Assembly: GCA_034530615.2 (NCBI GenBank)
Contig: JAVRCV020000069.1
Span: 1 to 15,053 of the forward strand
DNA: 15,053 nt
From: Aulosira sp. ZfuVER01
Lineage (GTDB): Bacteria > Cyanobacteriota > Cyanobacteriia > Cyanobacteriales > Nostocaceae
Direction of reading: 5' to 3'
Position 1 is the stretch's first letter; every line of letters starts with the position of its first letter. Positions 8,850-15,053 of this stretch are shown here, piece by piece. The notes beneath the pieces are model-generated. The model saw only the letters and a list, made by a program, of their open reading frames with translations, had not been told where the DNA came from and searched no databases. The position numbers and the translations under genes are program-made.

Positions 8850-9052
8850 GTTATTTAAATTGAAATTAACGAAGTTTGATTTATTCACTATTTAAAAATT
8901 TCAGCAATGTACTTAGATTTATTTACGCGCATCTACTTAGCCGCTCGGAATATATTTCTATAAAAATATAAAAACTATCTACTTGGTAAGCAATTTTATA
9001 ACCATAGTTTAATTTACATTAAATGGCTATGATTATTGGCTATCAGCAAATA

Positions 9053-9120
9053 ATGACTAAAGTCATGGGTGTATTCATGACTTTCTCCCCATGTAATCAA
9101 TCGAGATAACTTCTTATGAT
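9053..9120 (+). promoter_or_regulatory. Putative response-regulator operator and -10 box of the spy/cpxP-like gene
   Basis: ATGACT-AA-AGTCAT palindrome (9053-9066), a second ATGACT half-site (9077-9082) and TATGAT at 9115-9120. Confidence 0.65.
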
Positions 9121-9159
9121 GGTGGCATCTACACAAGGAAACAAAACACGAGGTTATCC

Positions 9160-9732
9160 ATGAAAGTTAAAGCATTATCACTAGTAGTTGGAGCGATCGC
9201 CTTAACTTTAGCTGCTACCCCCTTTGCAGTCAAAGCGCAAACAGGCTTTTCTTCTCATCGACTAGTTGCACAAGCCACAAATGGACAAGTTCCCCATAAC
9301 CGTAAAGGGCCTTGGGCAGAATTGGGTTTAACAGATACACAAAAAAGCCAAATTCAAGCAATTCAACGTGATTCCCGCAACCAAATTGAACAACTTATTC
9401 TCCAAAGAGTCAACTTTACTCAAGAACAAAAAGATAAGTTAAATGAATTAAAGGCACAAAGAGGTCAATGGCAGCAAGGTCAACGTCAAACAGGTCAACA
9501 GCGAGGTCAGGGTCATAAGAGAGGTTTTGCTGCACTGAATCTAACTACCGAGCAGAAAAATCAAATTAAGGAAGTAATGCAATCATCGGAAGTTAAGCAA
9601 ATCAGGCAGTCTTCACAACAAAAGATTCAAGCATTACTAACTCCCGAACAACGGACAAAACTTCAAGAACTTCGCCAAAATGCACGTTCTCGCTGGCAAC
9701 AACGCCGTTCTAACCAAGGCACAACACCTTAA
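9160..9732 (+). CDS. Spy/CpxP-family periplasmic chaperone (LTxxQ motif protein)
   Basis: Signal peptide ending VKA; motifs LTDTQ, FTQEQ, LTTEQ, LTPEQ; Gln-rich. Confidence 0.88.
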   Translation: MKVKALSLVVGAIALTLAATPFAVKAQTGFSSHRLVAQATNGQVPHNRKGPWAELGLTDTQKSQIQAIQRDSRNQIEQLILQRVNFTQEQKDKLNELKAQRGQWQQGQRQTGQQRGQGHKRGFAALNLTTEQKNQIKEVMQSSEVKQIRQSSQQKIQALLTPEQRTKLQELRQNARSRWQQRRSNQGTTP

Positions 9733-9744
9733 ATTATCCAACTT

Positions 9745-9764
9745 TTGAGCAGCTTTTGCTCAAT
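9745..9764 (+). terminator. Hairpin just after the spy-like stop codon
   Basis: TTGAGCA-gctttt-TGCTCAA; no clear U-tract. Confidence 0.4.
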
Positions 9765-9930
9765 AAATATAGGCACAATACCACTGTCTACCGCATTTCT
9801 AAGTTAGCTTTAATGCTCGGAGAATTTATTGCCAATGAATTGACTACAAATGTACCCTTAATAAGGGTAAAAAATTAACAGTATTATTCTATTAAATATA
9901 GAGTAATTAAACATTTATAAACCCGAAGCT

Positions 9931-9958
9931 GACTGAACATAATTGTTCAGTCTTTTTT
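9931..9958 (+). terminator. Intrinsic terminator
   Basis: GACTGAACA-taat-TGTTCAGTC followed by T6. Confidence 0.7.
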
Positions 9959-10017
9959 CATAACATAAGTAAGCCAAATTGAAATTGCGTTAATTTACGA
10001 AATTTAAACACAAGAGT

Positions 10018-10539
10018 ATGATGCAATCCTCCACCCCTGCTTCTAATGCTGTTTCTCGCTTGCAACAACTGTTAGATTTTCTTGACCACCAAGCTGAAGC
10101 AAAGGGACTAGCTGTTCCTCAAATTGTCTACATAGAGAAATTGCGACAGCTTCCTGTGGGGACTTTTGGCAGAACTTGGGCTGACTTTTTAGAACAAAAC
10201 AACCTCAAACCTTTCACCACAGGCCCCCGCCGCAAACAACTCCACGATGGTATCCACGTTATCGCAGGTTATGGTGCAGATTTAATTGGGGAAGCGGAAG
10301 TCCAAGCCTTTCTCTTAGGTGCTAAGTTTGGACTAATTAATTTGATGCTGGGGCTAGGGCTGTTACGCATCATCTACAAAAAACAACGACAGCAGCTTAG
10401 TTTGGAAAGACTGTGGCAAGCATACCAACGCGGTTATCACTCCCAGCTAGATCCAGATACTTGGCAACCAGAATTAATTTGGCATTTACCTTTAGCTGAT
10501 GTGCAAGCATTGTTTGGTCTAGCCAACAGTCACAATTAA
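10018..10539 (+). CDS. Coq4-family protein
   Basis: LRQLPVGTFG and HDGIH-x11-E metal-binding motif (HDxxH...E). Confidence 0.8.
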   Translation: MMQSSTPASNAVSRLQQLLDFLDHQAEAKGLAVPQIVYIEKLRQLPVGTFGRTWADFLEQNNLKPFTTGPRRKQLHDGIHVIAGYGADLIGEAEVQAFLLGAKFGLINLMLGLGLLRIIYKKQRQQLSLERLWQAYQRGYHSQLDPDTWQPELIWHLPLADVQALFGLANSHN

Positions 10540-10568
10540 AAAATTCACTAGCCCCTAGCAAAAGATCC

Positions 10569-10599
10569 GAGTTTTGAGTTATGAGTTAATTCAAAACTC
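10569..10599. repeat. Heptamer-derived inverted repeat between the coq4-like gene and sipA
   Basis: GAGTTTT GAGTTAT GAGTTAA followed by TTCAAAACTC; GAGTTTTGA pairs with TCAAAACTC. Confidence 0.5.
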
Positions 10600-10613
10600 T
10601 TTGTTTGATCAAA

Positions 10614-10877
10614 ATGTCTAAAGAATTCCCTATTGGTAGTAAAGTCCGGGTTGTCGCACTACCACCTTACGTCAAAACTGCTGAACCCATGCCCATGCTC
10701 CGTCCTCCTGATGTTATTCACCTTGGCGAAGAAGGTACAGTAATGGATCGTCGTCCCGGTGGATATTGGGGTATTCGCTTTGCAAAGGGAGCTTTTCTGC
10801 TTGATAGCCAATATATCGAAAGTACAGATATCCCTCCCAAATCTGAGTCAGAGCCAAACAGCGACCAAGAATTGTAA
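10614..10877 (+). CDS. sipA: SipA, NblS-interacting regulatory protein (DUF3148)
   Basis: PPYVKTAEPMPMLRPPD...GEEG...RRPGGYWGIRF..GAFLLD signature; ATG at 10614. Confidence 0.88.
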   Translation: MSKEFPIGSKVRVVALPPYVKTAEPMPMLRPPDVIHLGEEGTVMDRRPGGYWGIRFAKGAFLLDSQYIESTDIPPKSESEPNSDQEL

Positions 10878-10908
10878 ACTTGTGTAAAGTTATCATTCTT
10901 ATCTGCAC

Positions 10909-11478
10909 ATGATTTCTCGTCGCACTTTTTTGGGCATATTATTTGCCAGCTGTGTTACTCTTCTCAGTTGGCTAAACTTTACTTCTGTTGCTGATGCGCT
11001 TGGTGGTAAACTCCCAGCGATTAATCAACCTGCGCCAGAGTTCACTTTGCCAACCAATACTGGTAACGGGACAATTTCTCTCTCTCAATTGCGTGGTAAG
11101 TGGGTAGTGCTGTATTTTTACCCGAAAGACTTCACCTCTGGTTGCACAATAGAAGCACGTCGTTTTCAGCAAGACTTGCCCAAATACATCGAAAAGAATA
11201 CGCAAATTATTGGTGTGAGTGCTGATGATGTTGATTCCCATGCTGAATTTTGTGATTCAGAGGGGCTAAAATTCCCGCTTTTAGCAGATACCACTGGCGC
11301 AGTCAGTAAAGCTTACGGTTCTTGGATTGGTTATGTCTCTATGCGTCACAGTTTTGTCATCGATCCAGAGGGCATTTTGCGCGAGACTTTTGTTAAAGTC
11401 AATCCCAATATTCACAGCGCAGAAGTTCTGGCGCGACTGGAGGAGTTACAACGCCAAAATGCAGGAAGTAATGTTTAG
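10909..11478 (+). CDS. bcp: Peroxiredoxin Q/BCP with twin-arginine signal peptide
   Basis: YFYPKDFTSGCTIEA active site; SRRTFLG Tat motif followed by a hydrophobic stretch. Confidence 0.9.
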   Translation: MISRRTFLGILFASCVTLLSWLNFTSVADALGGKLPAINQPAPEFTLPTNTGNGTISLSQLRGKWVVLYFYPKDFTSGCTIEARRFQQDLPKYIEKNTQIIGVSADDVDSHAEFCDSEGLKFPLLADTTGAVSKAYGSWIGYVSMRHSFVIDPEGILRETFVKVNPNIHSAEVLARLEELQRQNAGSNV

Positions 11479-11544
11479 CAAGTAGTTAATAGTGAGTCCA
11501 GCTTGCTACTAAATAAATTCTTGGTAGTAGTTTCAATATACAAG

Positions 11545-11593
11545 GGTGTGTTGTCGCGCAGCGCAACGCACCATCAACAATTCAAGGTGCGTT
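11545..11593. repeat. Small palindromic intergenic repeat between convergent genes
   Basis: GGTGTGTTG...CAACGCACC hairpin (11545-11572), with an alternative partner GGTGCGTT at 11586-11593. Confidence 0.45.
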
Positions 11594-11652
11594 AGCGAGG
11601 AGAAAATGAACCACCGATGAACACCGATAAAATAGAAAATGCGATCGCATTT

Positions 11653-13806
11653 TTAGCGAACTGATTGCGCATCAATGCCGCAGCCATAAGCCATTTTGAC
11701 ATAACGAGGTTTTGTAGAGCGACACCAAGTCCGATTGTTACCAGGGACAGGATTGGTTTTCAGAGATTGAATATTTAATGCTGTATCTGGCAACTTATTT
11801 TGGGGATCTGTTTCTGGCAATAGCAGGTAATTATCTTTGCCGTTTCCATCGACAAATAACCCTAATGTCAGCATCAACTCTCGCAATCCACTAACACCTT
11901 CTAACCGCGATTGCCCATAAGCGGGTTCTAATAAAGATAGATAAGTGTCGTTGCCATGCTTATCCCAGAAAACTCCAATACCGTTGATATCGCCAGTACC
12001 GAAAGTCATTATGCTGCCGTTATACCAATCGTTGCCGGCACTATCTTCAAACCAGCCAATACTCCAGTCGCGACCATTGCCTAAACTTTGCATAATGATA
12101 CCCGTATAGCGATCGCTTCCCCCATCATCTTGATAAACTCCCACACCGAAATGGGGCGAACTTCCCAAGCTATACCATCCTGCATCGTGGTAGTCATCAC
12201 CTGCTTTATCTGCCAAAAATCCTAAACTATACCAGTAAGCTGTACCTTGACCGTAAACCTCACATTCGTAGCGGTCATTCCCTGCGCCATCCACTAGCAT
12301 CCCTACACCTCCAGCCCAACTGTGACCCTCTGTATAGTCTGCACGTCTTCCCAAGCCTGCACCTTGGATAAAATGGACATGCCTTTTGGCTCCAAATGGC
12401 CCGCCATTAGGATACTTGTCTTCTAGTCCAATGTATTTATCGTCACCTACGCTATCTAATAGTAGCCCCACTCCTTTAGTAAAACCATAGCCTTGACCGT
12501 ATCTATAAAGAGAATAGCGATCGCTGCCTTCATTATCAATCAGCAGTCCCGAACCAAAAGTACCGCTACCTTGTAAATTGCTAATGCCTTGATAGGTGTC
12601 TTGTCCTTGTGCGTCGTAAAGAATGCCAGTACCAAAAATACCTATGCCTTGACTAGCGTATTGTGCCTCATAACTGTCATCACCTTGCAAATCCATAAGT
12701 GCTGCGTAGCCGAAGATACCAGCCCCAAAGCTGGGAACTTTTCCTGGTGGGCTAGAGTAGCGGTCGTTGCCAGCTAAATCTAAGGTAACGCTGATACCAT
12801 GAGTAATATTTGTAGTAGCAGCACCGCCAGCGTAACTATCATTACCGTCAACATCTACAATCAATAAGTAATCATCAGGGGAATAAGCATGATCTCCTTT
12901 ACCACTGAGGATAATTCGCCCTTGGGGTGTATCTATGGTGTAGTGGTAATTGCCTTGCAACAAATTAACTGGTATTTGACTGATTTGGCGTTGCATTTCA
13001 CCTGCTGCCGCTGCTGTTAAAATTGCTCCTGTGTTGAGGATTTTAAAATCAACGTTGTCTAACAAAGATTCAATTAACAGTACCTTTTCTGGGCTAGCAT
13101 CTACTTCTTCTGCGGCTTCTTCTTCCACAGTCTTGACTGCATAGTTAAATACTTCGGTGTAGACAGTGTCGGCATCTAGTTGTAGTTTAGCAAGCGATCG
13201 CAACAATCCCACCTGTCTGTAATGCAGTGCATCTGGGACTGTGAATAAAAACTGCGCTACCGCAGCGCGTAACTGTGCGGGCAAAGCTTTGTATTCGCTA
13301 TTTTTAAAACTATCAGCAGGCTGAGTGGTTAATTTACTCAAAGCAACAGCCAAAGCATCATCACCCAGCTTTTCTACTTGCTGTTTGTATTTTGTAAGTA
13401 AATCTCTGTTTAATTGCGGACTCACACCGCCATCGATTCTTTTGTAGGTATTGGCGGCGAGTTGGGCTAAATCTGATTTGGTTGCGAGTAAATCTTGAGT
13501 AATAGTGCGAGTGTAAGGACTGATTTTCCAAGGGTTATCAAAAAATATATCCAGCAACTTGACTCGATATTTATCGCCGCCAGAGAGATCCATGTCTTTC
13601 ATGTCGAAGCGGACATCCTCTGGCGTTAGCTTAGCAGCAGCCAGTGCTTGGCGAAATAGTTCCCCTTGTTCGCTTAAGTATCCTACAGTGGCAGCGTTAA
13701 CCGGAGATAGGGAGAAAACCAAAAGACAAGTCAAGATAAATGGAGCAATTGCCAGAAAAGACTTTGGAAGCGATCGCCCAAATTGTCGCACAATTTTTGG
13801 TATCAC
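11653..13806 (-). CDS. Secreted hypothetical protein with ~12 DxxGxDxY glycine-rich repeats
   Basis: 717-aa ORF with signal-like N-terminus (..LSPVNA), a helical middle region and C-terminal repeats such as LDLAGNDRY, MDLQGDDSY, YDAQGQDTY, IDNEGSDRY. Confidence 0.85.
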   Translation of the reverse strand: MIPKIVRQFGRSLPKSFLAIAPFILTCLLVFSLSPVNAATVGYLSEQGELFRQALAAAKLTPEDVRFDMKDMDLSGGDKYRVKLLDIFFDNPWKISPYTRTITQDLLATKSDLAQLAANTYKRIDGGVSPQLNRDLLTKYKQQVEKLGDDALAVALSKLTTQPADSFKNSEYKALPAQLRAAVAQFLFTVPDALHYRQVGLLRSLAKLQLDADTVYTEVFNYAVKTVEEEAAEEVDASPEKVLLIESLLDNVDFKILNTGAILTAAAAGEMQRQISQIPVNLLQGNYHYTIDTPQGRIILSGKGDHAYSPDDYLLIVDVDGNDSYAGGAATTNITHGISVTLDLAGNDRYSSPPGKVPSFGAGIFGYAALMDLQGDDSYEAQYASQGIGIFGTGILYDAQGQDTYQGISNLQGSGTFGSGLLIDNEGSDRYSLYRYGQGYGFTKGVGLLLDSVGDDKYIGLEDKYPNGGPFGAKRHVHFIQGAGLGRRADYTEGHSWAGGVGMLVDGAGNDRYECEVYGQGTAYWYSLGFLADKAGDDYHDAGWYSLGSSPHFGVGVYQDDGGSDRYTGIIMQSLGNGRDWSIGWFEDSAGNDWYNGSIMTFGTGDINGIGVFWDKHGNDTYLSLLEPAYGQSRLEGVSGLRELMLTLGLFVDGNGKDNYLLLPETDPQNKLPDTALNIQSLKTNPVPGNNRTWCRSTKPRYVKMAYGCGIDAQSVR

Positions 13807-13972
13807 GAAAATTGTTATATATTGCGTAGATATTAAATTTTATACTCTATCACTCCGCAATTTCCCAGTCGATCGACGGTTTTTTGTTCGGCATTATACA
13901 GTCCGACAATGTAAGGCTGATAACCGATAACGCCGATAATTAGTCCATCGACAGTCATGTAACAATATCCCT

Positions 13973-14389
13973 CTTCTAAGAAACCAGATTTGGTGAAGGC
14001 TGAGAAATAAGCCCAAAACCAAAAGCCTGGGCTTTTTTGTGGAGGTTGTTGACCATTCGCTCTCGGTAACGTTGCTCATAATAATCAATACCAGGATCGG
14101 TATAATCTCCTCCAGTTGTCCAAAGTTGGTAAAAAATCCGCGCAATCTTATGGGCAGTAGCGGTAATAGCTTTAGGTGCGCCAAAGCGAGAACGTAAACG
14201 ACGATAAAACGCTCCTAAAGCAGAATTACTTTTTCCGGCGGTTTGTGCTGCCATACGGAAAGCATTTGCAGCGCGGTTTACTACCGGACGAGTTTGAGAA
14301 CTTTTAACTTTGCCACCAGTAATACGACTAAAGACCAACGTCTTTACGCTTCACCAATGCCATCGCCGTCACAACCCAGAACCACGCTT
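13973..14389 (-). mobile_element. Internally deleted IS110 element (inferred ends)
   Basis: Transposase stop is followed by AAG (13975-13973). About 57 nt of GC-richer non-coding sequence upstream of the fragment is preceded by AAG (14389-14387). Boundaries are inferred. Confidence 0.45.
13976..14329 (-). pseudogene. IS110-family transposase, C-terminal fragment only
   Basis: SRITGGKVKSS...NRAANAFRMAA...ALGAFYRRLRSRFGAPKAITATAHKIARIFY is typical of the IS110/IS116/IS902 C-terminal domain. The N-terminal DEDD/RuvC domain is absent. Confidence 0.88.
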
Positions 14390-14511
14390 TTGTACGAACA
14401 AAGTTGCACCATTGAAGGAACGGTCTTAACTGTCAAGACACAATGCGAGTATAAGCTTTTTTGATGCTTTTTATTTCGTTTCTTCCATCCATCGTGGACA
14501 TATCGTCCATC

Positions 14512-14561
14512 AACCGCTTTTGTTACTACGGGGAAAGTATAATCAGGAAGAAAACTAGAAA
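14512..14561. repeat. Dispersed ~50-bp repeat, copy 2 (contains TATAAT at 14538-14543)
   Basis: Reverse complement is 41/50 identical to positions 1-50. Confidence 0.85.
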
Positions 14562-14564
14562 TAG

Positions 14565-14658
14565 TAATACCAATTCAAATAATGTTTACGACGCATAAAT
14601 TATTCATAAGGGCACAAGCAATGTTGTGTCCCTACCCATCTGTCGCATTCTTTTTTTC
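14565..14658. mobile_element. MITE-like element with internal REP-like hairpin, right terminal repeat truncated
   Basis: Starts TAATACCAATTCAAAT, contains AGGGCACAA-gcaatg-TTGTGTCCCTAC, and ends CCATCTGTCGCATTCTTTTTTTC (inverse of the arm at 51-83 but lacking AAATTGGTAT). Confidence 0.6.
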
Positions 14659-14963
14659 TAGAACAGCAAGTTTGCTAGAGAAGTAGTTGCTCAAGAGTAG
14701 CCAAGTAAGCTTTAGGATTGCGACGGAATCGAAGTTGTTTAATGCGATGAAGTCGATGTTGGCGTAAATCAGAGCGTAATTGTTGCCAATTCTAAACACA
14801 AACCTCAGCTAAATCCTGGGCTGTAAAAGAATGAAGTGCTGTCTTCTATGGGTGAAGCTAACTAGACTGTCCTTCGAATCACAAGTGATGAAGGAGCAAC
14901 TTTACGACCAGTACAACGACGTTGATGATGTCGCAAAATAACAAATACCTGTTCAAGGTTAAT
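14658..14963 (-). pseudogene. Decayed transposase C-terminus (cyanobacterial ISNCY-like)
   Basis: Manual translation: NLEQVFVILRHHQRRCTGRKVAPSSLVIRRTV*LASPI / frameshift / TALHSFTAQDLAEVCV*NWQQLRSDLRQHRLHRIKQLRFRRNPKAYLATLEQLLL*. Family recognised from memory. Confidence 0.72.
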
Positions 14964-14964
14964 G

Positions 14965-15007
14965 ACAAAAGCCTCCCTAACGCTGTTTCAGTTAGTGAGG
15001 CTTTTGT
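14965..15007 (-). terminator. rRNA operon intrinsic terminator
   Basis: 17-bp arms ACAAAAGCCTCCCTAAC / GTTAGTGAGGCTTTTGT (1 mismatch), about 11 nt past the 5S 3' end. Confidence 0.85.
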
Positions 15008-15017
15008 GAGATTATAA

Positions 15018-15053
15018 ACCTGGCATCGAGCTATTGTGGCGGGAGGCAACCCT
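15018..15053 (-). rRNA. rrf: 5S rRNA, 3' end (partial; runs off the window)
   Basis: Reverse complement AGGGTTGCCTCCCGCCACAATAGCTCGATGCCAGGT matches the cyanobacterial 5S 3' end and is followed by a strong terminator. Confidence 0.9.

Noticed and set aside
5614..11478. Channel, deaminase, Spy, Coq4-like, SipA and PrxQ as parts of the MNIO system
   Set aside because: Mixed orientations and common cyanobacterial genes; only a loose stress-related theme links them, with no sequence evidence of co-regulation.
11653..13806. Recent horizontal acquisition of the repeat protein
   Set aside because: It carries four HIP1 sites, similar to the host-like density in the rest of the window, implying long residence.
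13894..14570. Open minus-strand frame reconstituted by removing the IS110 remnant, and ORFs 13894-14184 and 14243-14464
   Set aside because: No recognisable protein or good start; the listed ORFs are shadows of the transposase fragment.

Overview
Chromosomal window from a filamentous, probably heterocyst-forming cyanobacterium (about 20 HIP1 GCGATCGC octamers, STRR-type heptamer repeats, sipA), ending at the 3' end of a minus-strand rRNA operon (5S rRNA plus terminator). The most notable part is a minus-strand cluster at 170-5429. It contains a TIGR04222-type membrane protein ending in a Cys/Ser/Gly-rich, RiPP-core-like tail (8 Cys in the last 37 aa), a DUF692 multinuclear non-heme iron oxidase (MNIO), a translationally coupled DUF2063-like partner and a TPR-only protein. 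This suggests an MNIO system whose substrate is the tail of an integral membrane protein rather than a short secreted peptide. An antisense RHH-like/HNH toxin-antitoxin-like pair splits the cluster. The middle holds a K+ channel, a nucleoside deaminase, a NarL-type two-component system divergent from a Spy/CpxP gene (with a clear operator palindrome), a Coq4-like gene, sipA and a Tat-signal PrxQ. The right end holds a 717-aa secreted DxxGxDxY-repeat protein and a patch of mobile-DNA debris: an internally deleted IS110, a MITE-like element, a decayed transposase missed by the ORF track, and a 50-bp repeat whose inverted partner lies at 1-50. All family assignments come from motif recognition by eye; no searches were run.
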